Source of the DNA: Bacteroidota bacterium
GTDB lineage: Bacteria > Bacteroidota > Ignavibacteria > Kapaibacteriales > Kapaibacteriaceae
Assembly (NCBI GenBank): GCA_039795225.1
Contig: JBDKEN010000002.1
Coordinates: forward strand, 1,130,163 to 1,194,162
Reading direction: 5' to 3'
DNA: 64,000 bases
In this document: in pieces, positions 48,376-57,894 of the stretch
Layout of the letters: the number at the start of each line of letters is the position of its first letter
Position numbering within the stretch: position 1 is the stretch's first letter
Notes under the pieces: generated by a model
What the model was told of the DNA's origin: nothing
Seen by the model: the letters and a program-made list of their open reading frames with translations, nothing else
Database searches by the model: none
Made by a program: the position numbers and the translations under genes

Positions 48376-50067
48376 CTAGACCGACTTGGTTATTCGTTTG
48401 GCTTTTGTTGCTGGCCGTCCCATTAACTCGCGAGCGCTTTCGAGGGCCGCATCAGAGATGTCCGAGCCACTTAAAAGCATTGCAACATCGTTTTGCGCTT
48501 CGTCATGTGGGATTGAACGTGCCGAAACGACGGTCGTCCCACCAGTCATAGTCTTCGTGACACGTATGAAGTGCTGGGCCAGTGAGGCAATCTGCGCAAG
48601 GTGGGTGATACAGATTACCTGCTGCGTCGTTGAGATCTGCTGCATCACGTGACCAACAGTCCGTGCTACGCGTCCGCTGATTCCTGTATCAATTTCATCG
48701 AGCACGACAGTTCCGGCAGGCATACGCTGCAGAAGCGTCTGCTTGAGAGCTAGCATCACACGAGAGAGTTCGCCCCCTGAGGCGATTCGAGCGAGCGGTT
48801 TGGGCACATCACCATCGTTTGCGGAAAACAAAAACTCGACGGCGTCGAACCCGGTTGATCCGAGATCCGTCCTGATGATATCAACAACAAACCTCGCTGA
48901 AGGCATGCCCATTTCACGGAGACTCTCTTGGACTGTTGTGCCAAATGACGCTGAAGCTGCGTGACGTTGTTGTGAGATTCGATTGGCATGTTCCAGAGCA
49001 CTCGTTTCACGACGCAAGACCAAGTCTGTAGCATCTTGGAGAAGCTCGTCGAGGTTTTCGACATCATGGAGATCCTGCGAAATCTCTTCGAGTTTATCGA
49101 TCGCAGACGCGAGTGAACCATACTTGCGGATGAGCCGCTGAAGACTGGTGAAGCGTTGTCGCAGTTCTTCAAGACGCGCCAGATCGTAATCGTCGGCATC
49201 GGCAAGTGCAGAGGCACTCGCCGCAACCTCTTTGCAGGTGATCAGTGCTGATTCAAGATCAGCGACGAAGCTCTCGAAGGAAGGGTCGTACTGACCAAGC
49301 TGACGCGCAGCTTCAATTGACAAACGAATCTGATCATAGGCTGAGTGGTCGCCCGAATAGAGGCGATCCCGGACATCCGTAGCCAGTCCAACAACATGCT
49401 CGCCCGATTCGATACGACGCAGTTCAGCGCTAACCAAGCGGTCTTCATCCGGAGCAGGGGCCACAGATGCGATCTCGTCATGGATGAATGTGAGTCGGGC
49501 ACGATCTGCGTCGGCATCGAGTATACGACGCTCAAGCGCATCGCGCTTGCGGCGACTTTCAGCGAGTTCTTGCCATGCGCTAGCCATCACTCGACGATCG
49601 TCCCCGAGTGGAAGGGCGTAGGCATCGAAGGCCGCGAGATGACTTGCTGTCGAAAGTAGTCCGTGCGTATCGTGCTGGCCGTGAACATCAATCAGCAACG
49701 TTGCCAACTCCCGCACGATGGAGGCTTGTGCTGGAGTATCATTTACAAAGCATCGTGACGCCCCGCTGGAGGGAATCTCCCGACGCAGGACGAGCTGGTC
49801 GGAGTCCCAATTCAACTCGTGTTGGCGGATGAATTCAAGTGCCGCTGGACGGGATGAGAGATCAAACAATGCCTCAATAACGGCTTTGCGAGCCCCTTGG
49901 CGGACATTCTCAGAGGATACACGTGCGCCCATCGCTGCTGCGAGAGCGTCGATAATGATCGACTTCCCGGCACCAGTCTCTCCCAGAAGCACCGTCATCC
50001 CCGAATGAAACTCGAGGTCGATTTCATCGATGAGAGCGAATCCCCGAATGGTTAGGCGTTGAAGCAC
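48376..50067 (-). CDS. recN: DNA repair protein RecN
   Basis: Walker A GETGAGKS, long coiled coil, signature SGGELSR, Walker B VVLDEIDTG. GTG start. Confidence 0.95.
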   Translation of the reverse strand: MLQRLTIRGFALIDEIDLEFHSGMTVLLGETGAGKSIIIDALAAAMGARVSSENVRQGARKAVIEALFDLSSRPAALEFIRQHELNWDSDQLVLRREIPSSGASRCFVNDTPAQASIVRELATLLIDVHGQHDTHGLLSTASHLAAFDAYALPLGDDRRVMASAWQELAESRRKRDALERRILDADADRARLTFIHDEIASVAPAPDEDRLVSAELRRIESGEHVVGLATDVRDRLYSGDHSAYDQIRLSIEAARQLGQYDPSFESFVADLESALITCKEVAASASALADADDYDLARLEELRQRFTSLQRLIRKYGSLASAIDKLEEISQDLHDVENLDELLQDATDLVLRRETSALEHANRISQQRHAASASFGTTVQESLREMGMPSARFVVDIIRTDLGSTGFDAVEFLFSANDGDVPKPLARIASGGELSRVMLALKQTLLQRMPAGTVVLDEIDTGISGRVARTVGHVMQQISTTQQVICITHLAQIASLAQHFIRVTKTMTGGTTVVSARSIPHDEAQNDVAMLLSGSDISDAALESARELMGRPATKAKRITKSV

Positions 50068-50092
50068 GGCACGCTAGGGAACAGTAGTTTGA

Positions 50093-50257
50093 TTAGAGTC
50101 GCGTCAGTCGCGATTGAAACAAACGAAAGGCCGCATACCCGCATGCTGCAAGGAGCAGAGCAGCGGCAAGCGTATGAACCTCTTGACCAACGTAGATGAC
50201 CACGATGGTCACGACATAGGTCACGAGAATGAGGGCCAGGATCCACAATGCAGCCAT
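50093..50257 (-). CDS. Candidate small (54 aa) two-TM membrane protein, not in the supplied ORF track
   Basis: My own translation is MAALWILALILVTYVVTIVVIYVGQEVHTLAAALLLAACGYAAFRLFQSRLTRL*. It exactly fills the hflX-recN gap, 8 nt after the hflX stop and 25 nt before the recN start, on the same strand. Confidence 0.45.
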   Translation of the reverse strand: MAALWILALILVTYVVTIVVIYVGQEVHTLAAALLLAACGYAAFRLFQSRLTRL

Positions 50258-50265
50258 GGTAATCC

Positions 50266-51675
50266 CTACAATGCTGTTGGTAGTGTTTGTTGTGGTTGTT
50301 GTTCGATCGTAACGTACTGGCGGTATCTGGCCGTGAAAGGGGCGAGCTGATCTGCTGGTACACGAACTGACAATAATACACCGGAATCTTCATCGCTTCG
50401 CTGGAGAACTTCGACTTCCGTGTAGAGTCGAGCCACGATATTCATTTCTTCGTAGGGGATACGAAGCATCCGGAGGATGGCCGATTCCTCATGGGTCGCC
50501 TGCATCACATGCAAAAGCTTTTCAATGTTGACTCCACGGTGGGCGCTAACGAATACGCAACCGGGATTCTCGGCCTCGGCATCATCCATCGTCTCGCGAT
50601 CCGGTACCACGTCGATCTTGTTAAAGACCACGATAACCGGTGTTTCAACAGCTCCGAGTTCCTGGAGTGTTTGCTCAACAACAGCCATTTGCTCGCGGTA
50701 GTGCGGATTCGAGATATCGACAACGTGAAGCAGAATGTCCGCTTCCAGCGTCTCCGTCAGTGTTGATCGGAATGATGCGACGAGCTGTGTCGGCAGTTTC
50801 CGAATAAAGCCGACCGTATCAGAAATGAGGGCCTTTTGACCAGATGGTAGCTCAAAATTCCGCACGGTCGTGTCAAGTGTTGCAAAGAGCTGATCCTGTA
50901 CGTACACATCCGCCCTTGTTAGCACGCGCATAAGTGAGGACTTGCCCGCGTTGGTATAGCCAACGAGTGCAAAGCGAGGTAGGCCTTCACGTCCCTTTCG
51001 TTGCACGACACGCTGCATGTCGATATCTCGAAGCTTTTCGCGCAGACGCTGCATTCGTGTGCGATACATACGTCGGTCCGTCTCGATCTGGGTTTCACCA
51101 GGACCCTTTGTTCCGATCCCTCCGAACTGCTTCGAAAGGTGCGTCCACATGCGCGTCAGACGTGGGAGGAGGTATTCAAGCTGGGCAAGTTCGACTTGCG
51201 TTCGTGCTTCGACTGTGCGAGCATGAGCAGCGAAGATGTCAAGGATCACACCGCTACGATCAAGCACCTTTACCTTGAGGGCTTCCTCGAGATTCCGAAC
51301 TTGGGCAGGGGACAGTTCATCATCGAAGACCACAGATGACGCGTTCGAAGACTCCACGAGCTCTTTCAACTCTTCTACTTTGCCTTTTCCGAACGCAGTG
51401 GAAATGTCAGGACGATCGCGCTCTTGCGTAAGCTGACCGACAACATCAGCGCCAGCCGTGTCGAGCAACATTTCAAGTTCTTCGAGATGTTCTTCAACGA
51501 CATCCGGATCGGCCCCCTTTCGGATGACCGCCGCAATAACAGCCCGCTCTCGCGGAAGTAAACCAACGTCGTGCACAGGACCTCGTGGTGATCGGAATAG
51601 CGCAAAACTACGGTATGCAGCGTCGATGTTGTCATGCTCCGTAGTTTTGGTCGGTATGGCTACGTCTTGGTTCAT
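50266..51675 (-). CDS. hflX: GTPase HflX
   Basis: HflX N-domain (ERAVIAAV...), G1 GYTNAGKSSL, G3 DTVGF, G4 NKID. ATG 51675 (MNQDVAI) is chosen. The ORF opens at 51933, but that extension is Arg/Pro-rich and overlaps the divergent gene. Confidence 0.88.
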   Translation of the reverse strand: MNQDVAIPTKTTEHDNIDAAYRSFALFRSPRGPVHDVGLLPRERAVIAAVIRKGADPDVVEEHLEELEMLLDTAGADVVGQLTQERDRPDISTAFGKGKVEELKELVESSNASSVVFDDELSPAQVRNLEEALKVKVLDRSGVILDIFAAHARTVEARTQVELAQLEYLLPRLTRMWTHLSKQFGGIGTKGPGETQIETDRRMYRTRMQRLREKLRDIDMQRVVQRKGREGLPRFALVGYTNAGKSSLMRVLTRADVYVQDQLFATLDTTVRNFELPSGQKALISDTVGFIRKLPTQLVASFRSTLTETLEADILLHVVDISNPHYREQMAVVEQTLQELGAVETPVIVVFNKIDVVPDRETMDDAEAENPGCVFVSAHRGVNIEKLLHVMQATHEESAILRMLRIPYEEMNIVARLYTEVEVLQRSDEDSGVLLSVRVPADQLAPFTARYRQYVTIEQQPQQTLPTAL

Positions 51676-52942
51676 CCTTCTGCTCTCTGTCCTTGCCGCA
51701 TTGCCCATGCTGGCGCAAGACGCAATGGGACCAGAGATTCCGATCGTTTTAGAGCATGCTGACAGTCTGGTGGGAACCGGCCTGGGGGGGACGAGTGTGC
51801 GGACATTTGTTGGTAACGTGCGCTTTTCCCAGGGAAACGTGACGGGGCAATGTGATCGAGCAGTCCATGATGCCGCGCGAAACACGGTTGAGCTCTCAGG
51901 AAGCGTCCGGATACGGCAAAAAACCATGACCATTTCAGCGCCAAGCGTCGTCTACGATGGTGCAACCTCGTTTGCCCAAGCCAACCGCGGGATTCGAGTG
52001 GACCAGGATGGTCGCATAATCACGAGCGTTCATGGAGATTATGACCTCCAGCGCCACATCGCAACTTTCCACGGCAACGTGCACGTTGTTGACGATACAG
52101 TACGACTTTGGTCAGACTCCTTGCACTATGATCGTGATCGTGATTCGATGATGGCAATGGGGCGCGTTCTCATTCAGGATTCCATTAACCACTCATGGTT
52201 CAGTGCTAATGCAGCTCGTCGCAGTGCACAAACAGCGATCATTGAACTGCTTGGAGATGCGCGCGTATGGACGTGGTCGAAGGACTCGACAACCTTGTCC
52301 GACACAACGTACATCCAGAGTGACGTTGTGCAATCGTTGCCAAGCCCGACTGATGGTTCACGGGTAGTCCTCGCCACGGGGAATGTCCGGCTCGTACGGG
52401 GCACTACTGCTGCGGTGGCAGGACGTCTACAGTATGTCGATGAAACCGGTCGTATCGATCTTCATGACAGTCCAACGGTATGGTCGGATTCCTCCATCCT
52501 TCAGGCGGTCGCCATCTCAGCCGAGTCCTCGGCCGGTGCTCTTCAGCAGGTGATTGGTAACGGCAAGGCAATCCTTCTTTCGGTATCGGACTCCCTCGTT
52601 CCTATTCGGTATGATCAGATCGGTGGAAATTCCATCGTAATGCGATTTGGCGAGGATTCCACTCGCACCTTGCAAGCAACAGGCGAAGCTGTCAGTATTA
52701 CATATCGGCGCGAGTCAGGTCTGCGAAAGGGGCTCGCAAAAGTTGTTGCCGACACGATCAACGCAAACATCATTGATGGCTCGCTTGAGGACGTCTTCTG
52801 GCTTGGTGGTGTCAGCGGTGAAAGTCATCCAGAGCGGCTCGTAACAGGTCGTGAGGCGGAGTTTGTTCTCCCAAGTTTCCGCGAACCTGGTATGCGGCCA
52901 CAGTTTGTTCCTGTCCCTTCTCGGCAATCCCTGTTGCGCTAG
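51656..52942 (+). CDS. LptA/OstA-like (repeated OstA_N-type beta-jellyroll) periplasmic protein
   Basis: Signal MATSWFILLLSVLAALPMLAQ followed by repeated GNV.......A....YD......L.GNV-type segments, as in LptA/LptD N-domains. The start at 51656 overlaps the divergent hflX start by 20 nt, so one of the two starts may be wrong. Confidence 0.65.
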   Translation: MATSWFILLLSVLAALPMLAQDAMGPEIPIVLEHADSLVGTGLGGTSVRTFVGNVRFSQGNVTGQCDRAVHDAARNTVELSGSVRIRQKTMTISAPSVVYDGATSFAQANRGIRVDQDGRIITSVHGDYDLQRHIATFHGNVHVVDDTVRLWSDSLHYDRDRDSMMAMGRVLIQDSINHSWFSANAARRSAQTAIIELLGDARVWTWSKDSTTLSDTTYIQSDVVQSLPSPTDGSRVVLATGNVRLVRGTTAAVAGRLQYVDETGRIDLHDSPTVWSDSSILQAVAISAESSAGALQQVIGNGKAILLSVSDSLVPIRYDQIGGNSIVMRFGEDSTRTLQATGEAVSITYRRESGLRKGLAKVVADTINANIIDGSLEDVFWLGGVSGESHPERLVTGREAEFVLPSFREPGMRPQFVPVPSRQSLLR

Positions 52943-52971
52943 CGCTCGATTTGTTGTAACATCGGCGCAAT

Positions 52972-55900
52972 GTGAAGCAGCTCCAAATTGTTACCGCCAT
53001 CATTGCCTTCTGCCTAGGCGTCCAGCTCCTGGCGCAGGTTGAGAGAGTGTTACCACGGCGTGGCGTGTCCTCACTTGAAGGGACCGAGTTTGTGGTGGGG
53101 TTCATGCAGAACGAACTCCTCGAGGTTGGTGAAGATCCCCGGCTACAGCTCTTCATCTCATCTCAGCATGATGCCACTGTTCGCATCGTCTCTGCGTTCT
53201 CTGGAGAGTCTCTCATAACGGTCGCGGCACAAACGGTTCATATTGAGGAAGTCCATCCGTATCACGTGTGCAGCGCATCTGAAATGCCGCAGCAAAAGTC
53301 CATCTTCATCTCCTCAGATGCGCCGATTGTCGTGTATGTCCTGAACACTCTTGCCAGATCGACCGATTCGTATGCGGCGATCCCGATTCGTCATCTCGGT
53401 ACGAGATACTACAGCGTAAATCGACCCTCTGATCGATACCCACGAAGCAACGACCCAACATCTTCGATGCTACGAAGCGGGGAGTTCATGGTAATGGCTG
53501 TCGAGGACGACACCTACGTGGAGATAGATCCAAAAGCAACGACGAAGCGTCTCGGGTTTTCCCCAGGAACGAAGTTTAGCACTCGTCTCAATCGCGGTGA
53601 CTGCTATCTCGTTCAGGCTCGGCCGATCACCTTTGGTGGTGATGATTTGACGGGGACATCTATTACATCGACAAAGCCCGTTGCGGTTGTCTCAGGGCAC
53701 ATGCGCACCAGTATCCCTCTTGACTCTTCAGCGTCGAAAGACCATCTCATTGAGCAACTGCCGCCGGTTACGAAGTGGGGTCGACAGTATGCCACAGCCC
53801 CCTTTGCGATGGCAATACGTCCTGACCTCTTTCGGGTCATGTCCTCTGTCGAGAATCAAGAGATCACCCTCCAGACATCAAGCGGGATGCGGAAGTTCGT
53901 CCTTGGGGGTGTTGCAAGTTGGGTAGATACCACCCTCGGCGAGCCTGCTTCATGGAGTTCGACTGAGCCCTTTTTTCTGATGCAGCACATGCCAAGTCAA
54001 TCCGGAACGCAAACAGCATGTGATCCAGCTATGGTCGTGGTGCCTGCTGCTGAGTCGTTCGTTGATGAGGCCTTGTTTCAGTTCCCAACACTCGAGCCAA
54101 TTCCTACGGCCATCAATCAGCGTTTTTTCTACTACGTAAATGTGTTGGCAACAGCTGAGGCAGTCCCAACACTTTCGATCGGTGGTAGGCTGGTATCATC
54201 CATTGCGCCAAAGCTTGCAACACAAGTAGTTCCTGGAACACGAATCCACTGGGCGCAGATTCCATTGGAGCAAAAAGCCTACGTATTGCGCTGCGATTCG
54301 GGTTCGTTTAGTGCCATTATGTATGGGACTTCCGACGCAGACTCGTATGCGAACCTTGTTGGTCTGGCGTTTGAACCAATCCGGAGGAGGGATTATTCCC
54401 CACCAGAGTACTCGGCAGACGTCACCTGTGGAACGATTCAAGGCAAGATTCGTGATGTCTCAGTCGACACGGCCTTGCTGCAGGATGTTACGGTTATGCC
54501 GGTGAAGACCTTCAACTATCGATGGACCATCTCAGAACCGATCGACTCGACAGGTGCACGTGATTTCGAGGCATCTGTTCGAGACCTGTCAAGGGACGCA
54601 CAAATTGTCATTCACGCTTATGATAATCGCGGTAATGGGAAGGAGTGGCTGTACAGATATGAAGCCCCCTCCATCAACGTCGATCGTGAAATTGTCATCG
54701 ATGCACGTGCAAATGAGGAGGCCTGCGTTGATGTTGTCATTCGTAATAGGGACAGTTTGCCCGTCGTTGTTGAATCGCTCGAGCGGCTCGGCAACCAGCG
54801 CATCGACCTCACTGGTCCAGATGTGCCATTCACGATCCCCGCGCAGGACTCCGTCACATTCAGGGTTTGTGCTCAGCTGTGGGATGATTCGGCTGCAATG
54901 GCTGCAACAATTGTCATCCATTTACCATGTGGACTGCGTCATCAAGTGTACGTTAAGACGCGAAGAGCTGCACGTCTGCTGGGTGATACAGTGCATCTCG
55001 GTGATGTCCGCATTGGTGATACCGCGTGCGGAAGGGTTGGAATCATTAATAACGGCGACAGTCCATGTGACGTGATCGCTCTCGCTCGTGTACAGATTGA
55101 TTCTTCAATCACAGTCGACACATCTGGCTTGAATCTGCCGCGCATGATTGCTCCAAACGATACGCTGTGGGTTCGGGTATGTTTCGTAGCGAAGCGTAAA
55201 GGCCCGCATGTTCGCGTAGACTCGGTTGTCTCGTCAACTTCGAGTACCGCCTATCTCGTTGTTCATGCCAGGGGTGTTGCACCAGATGTTCGGTCGGTCA
55301 TATGTGATTGGAGTCGTCGTCGGCTTGGATCTCAGAATGATACTGTCGTGTGGCTGAAGAATTATGGTGACGCCTCATGTATCGCATATGTAGATACACT
55401 TGAGGTGCCGGCGACAATGCGCATCGATGTTGGCATTCTGGCAAGGGGCGTGCGCATCGAACCCGGTGATTCGGTATCGGTGACTGCGAGCTTTGCTCCC
55501 CTGCGTCGCGATTCGGTGCGTGTTGCTGTACCGCTGCGTATCGACTGGCAGGCGCATGCGCCTGTGCAGCTCGAATACCGAGGTGTCGGGATTATGCCTG
55601 ATGTATCCGTTCAGGATATCATGTTTGATTCGATCATTGTCAGAAGCCGAAGGGATAGTCTCGTTGCGCTGCTGGCCACGGGGTTCGAGGGTGGGAACTG
55701 TGACCTGGCTGTGCGCAGTGTTCGTGTTCTGGGACCAGACTCCACGTCATTTGTGTTGCCAGATACGCTCCTACAGTTTGGTGGTCAATCGTTGACCTAT
55801 CGGTCCTCGCTCGATGGTCTCGTGACGTTTGCTCCGCTGCGAATCGGTCGGCATGAGTGCTTCGTGGAGATTGAAAGCGATGCAGATCTCTACGGTTCTA

Positions 55901-56961
55901 CGCGGCGGAGTGTTTTTCGACTTGCCGGTGTGGCACTTCCCAAACCTTTGGCTAGCCCCGTCCCTAGCATCAGTACCGCGTTGCAGGTTCTTCCTTGCTC
56001 ACCCGAACCTGTTTCGTTGACTGTTGAAAACATTGGGAATGCACCCGCGGTTATTGATTCGGTTCTGCTACTGGTGAATGGTTCGAAGCAAGATCTGATG
56101 CCATCAACTCGCCTTCGACTCGCGCCATCAGAGCGCTGGTTAAAGGATGTTGATGTTTCGTGGCGTTCTGATGCGCCACCTATCGCGGTCCTTCGAGTGG
56201 TTGATTCGGCAGGAATGGTCTATGACGACTCTGTTGCCGTGACACTCTTACCAGTAGGCACCCAGATCACAGCTCAAATTGAAGGGGCGCCAATTCAATC
56301 GACAGGACCTGCATGGATGACGATCGCGGCACGCCTGGAGGCAGTGCAGGAGGAATCAATGCCAAGTCTGCGACTCGCTATTCCGCGCACGCGCTTTGTT
56401 GTTGACACTCCCGACTCATGTGTTGTAGTTCACCGCAGAGGTACCGAAAGTATACCAGTGCCAGCGTCGATTGAGCAGAATTCGACGAGCATTGACGTGA
56501 AATTGCGTACACCGCTGCGCGGCCCGTGGGAGGTTCTTTGCCGACTCCGGGGAACGGTACTTTGGGATCAATCGGGCGCGGTACCATTTTATGCTGTCCT
56601 TGACAGCACTGCGTGTTATCCTTGGGCGAAGTCAGAAAGTGGATCGATTGTAGTGGATCCCTGCGGGTCGAACATGCGAATTGTATCCGTCGGCATACGA
56701 AGTATGGTGCGAATGGAGGTGCTTGGTCAGCCTGTCCACGAGGTGCTCTCACTGCGCATTCACTCGACTACTTTGACGACGTCGAGCCTGTGGGCTGAGT
56801 CGCTATCTGGAGAACAATTTCCCATATCGGAACAATTGTCTTTGCAAAAGGGAAGTCAACATTGTAATTTCTCATGTTCGTCGTGGGCCTCGGGTCTGTA
56901 CAGGCTCCTCCTGCGCCATGAACATGGGGTCGAGGTAACGAATATCATCATCGTCAACTAG
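52972..56961 (+). CDS. Giant secreted surface protein: IgGFc-binding-protein-N-terminal-like domain + Ig-like (choice-of-anchor-D-type) repeats + T9SS-like C-terminal domain
   Basis: GTG start and signal KQLQIVTAIIAFCLGVQLLAQ. N-domain landmarks are GTEFVVGFMQNE, LQLFISSQHDATVRIVS, STKPVAVVSGH and MYGTSDADSYANLVG. Many ~100-aa beta-sandwich modules follow. The C-terminus is ...SGLYRLLLRHEHGVEVTNIIIVN. Confidence 0.8.
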   Translation: MKQLQIVTAIIAFCLGVQLLAQVERVLPRRGVSSLEGTEFVVGFMQNELLEVGEDPRLQLFISSQHDATVRIVSAFSGESLITVAAQTVHIEEVHPYHVCSASEMPQQKSIFISSDAPIVVYVLNTLARSTDSYAAIPIRHLGTRYYSVNRPSDRYPRSNDPTSSMLRSGEFMVMAVEDDTYVEIDPKATTKRLGFSPGTKFSTRLNRGDCYLVQARPITFGGDDLTGTSITSTKPVAVVSGHMRTSIPLDSSASKDHLIEQLPPVTKWGRQYATAPFAMAIRPDLFRVMSSVENQEITLQTSSGMRKFVLGGVASWVDTTLGEPASWSSTEPFFLMQHMPSQSGTQTACDPAMVVVPAAESFVDEALFQFPTLEPIPTAINQRFFYYVNVLATAEAVPTLSIGGRLVSSIAPKLATQVVPGTRIHWAQIPLEQKAYVLRCDSGSFSAIMYGTSDADSYANLVGLAFEPIRRRDYSPPEYSADVTCGTIQGKIRDVSVDTALLQDVTVMPVKTFNYRWTISEPIDSTGARDFEASVRDLSRDAQIVIHAYDNRGNGKEWLYRYEAPSINVDREIVIDARANEEACVDVVIRNRDSLPVVVESLERLGNQRIDLTGPDVPFTIPAQDSVTFRVCAQLWDDSAAMAATIVIHLPCGLRHQVYVKTRRAARLLGDTVHLGDVRIGDTACGRVGIINNGDSPCDVIALARVQIDSSITVDTSGLNLPRMIAPNDTLWVRVCFVAKRKGPHVRVDSVVSSTSSTAYLVVHARGVAPDVRSVICDWSRRRLGSQNDTVVWLKNYGDASCIAYVDTLEVPATMRIDVGILARGVRIEPGDSVSVTASFAPLRRDSVRVAVPLRIDWQAHAPVQLEYRGVGIMPDVSVQDIMFDSIIVRSRRDSLVALLATGFEGGNCDLAVRSVRVLGPDSTSFVLPDTLLQFGGQSLTYRSSLDGLVTFAPLRIGRHECFVEIESDADLYGSTRRSVFRLAGVALPKPLASPVPSISTALQVLPCSPEPVSLTVENIGNAPAVIDSVLLLVNGSKQDLMPSTRLRLAPSERWLKDVDVSWRSDAPPIAVLRVVDSAGMVYDDSVAVTLLPVGTQITAQIEGAPIQSTGPAWMTIAARLEAVQEESMPSLRLAIPRTRFVVDTPDSCVVVHRRGTESIPVPASIEQNSTSIDVKLRTPLRGPWEVLCRLRGTVLWDQSGAVPFYAVLDSTACYPWAKSESGSIVVDPCGSNMRIVSVGIRSMVRMEVLGQPVHEVLSLRIHSTTLTTSSLWAESLSGEQFPISEQLSLQKGSQHCNFSCSSWASGLYRLLLRHEHGVEVTNIIIVN

Positions 56962-56972
56962 GGCAATCGAGT

Positions 56973-57794
56973 ATGAGGAAATTTGGTTTCGCATTCCTTG
57001 CAGTCTTCCTTCTTGCGACGTCGGCGCTGCTTGCCCAGCAGGAGATTGGTTTGCGGGCGACGCCGTTGCAACCGTCTCGTCGAGTCCCGAAGATTTACAT
57101 CGGCCCAGTGTTCGGATACAACAACACGTTGCATTCTGGCACCTTTGCTTCGGTTCCTGGTCCTGAGGGTGCCTTGTGCCCGACCTTCACCGATGGAACG
57201 CTGAATGGATACTACGTTGGCCTCTCCTTTGAGTACCTCCTGGGCAAGCCGCGTGAGTCGAAATCATCGATCATCGGTCGTATCGTTTACAACACCTTTC
57301 CTGCTTCCTTCACGAAGGACGGGGAAACGCTTCCATCGTTGGATCCCAACGACTCCAGCAAGGTATATCTGTCGACAACGAACCACACAGCTGACATCGA
57401 GTATTCAACGCTTGATCTTGAGATCATCTACAAGCTCAACCTTTTCAACTCGAACTTTGGTATTGTCATCGGTCCGACGATCGGAACGGTGATGAATGTT
57501 CAGCGCACACAGCGCATGAATCTCCTAACACCGGAGAATGCTACCTTCAAGCCCAAAGACGGTGTGACCTATGAGAACTTTGGTCGTACAATTTTGGTTG
57601 GTCAAGATGAGCTGCCGGGGCACAATGCGTTGCGTCTAGCAATCAAGGCTGGAGCTCAGTATGAGATCACAGTCGGTCGTGTCCTGGTTGTTCCGTGTAT
57701 CTACTACAACTTCGGCGTAACCAAGCTCAGCGATGCTGATAACCTCCGCGTCAATGCACTTCAGATCGGTTGCGACCTCCGTTTCGCTCTCTGA
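56973..57794 (+). CDS. Outer-membrane beta-barrel protein (generic OMP_b-brl type)
   Basis: Signal MRKFGFAFLAVFLLATSALLAQQ, alternating beta-strand pattern, and aromatic C-terminus (GCDLRFAL). It starts 11 nt after the giant gene and is followed by a terminator. Confidence 0.7.
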   Translation: MRKFGFAFLAVFLLATSALLAQQEIGLRATPLQPSRRVPKIYIGPVFGYNNTLHSGTFASVPGPEGALCPTFTDGTLNGYYVGLSFEYLLGKPRESKSSIIGRIVYNTFPASFTKDGETLPSLDPNDSSKVYLSTTNHTADIEYSTLDLEIIYKLNLFNSNFGIVIGPTIGTVMNVQRTQRMNLLTPENATFKPKDGVTYENFGRTILVGQDELPGHNALRLAIKAGAQYEITVGRVLVVPCIYYNFGVTKLSDADNLRVNALQIGCDLRFAL

Positions 57795-57818
57795 TCCTGT
57801 TCCCATCGATTCTATTAC

Positions 57819-57852
57819 GATGCCTGCTCCATGAGCGGGCATCGCTATTTTT
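57819..57852 (+). terminator. Intrinsic terminator after the beta-barrel gene
   Basis: GATGCCTGCTC-CAT-GAGCGGGCATC (11-bp stem including one G.U pair) followed by GCTATTTTTG. Confidence 0.8.
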
Positions 57853-57894
57853 GCTCCGGTTCACCACGTAAACTCACGGAAATAGGCAGCGTAT

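Noticed and set aside
50052-50393. Track ORFs 50052-50393 (minus, 113 aa) and 50114-50350 (plus, 78 aa).
   Set aside because: Both overlap the hflX 3' end or the recN start and are Cys/Arg/His-rich. The 54-aa ORF at 50093-50257 explains the gap better.
51676-51933. 86-aa N-terminal extension of hflX, and the matching 51458-51655 extension of the LptA-like ORF.
   Set aside because: The extensions are mutually antisense, low complexity (Arg/Pro/Ser-rich), and precede plausible native N-termini.
54554-55075. 173-aa plus-strand ORF in an alternative frame.
   Set aside because: It lies wholly within the 52972-56961 gene, whose own frame shows repeated Ig-module periodicity.
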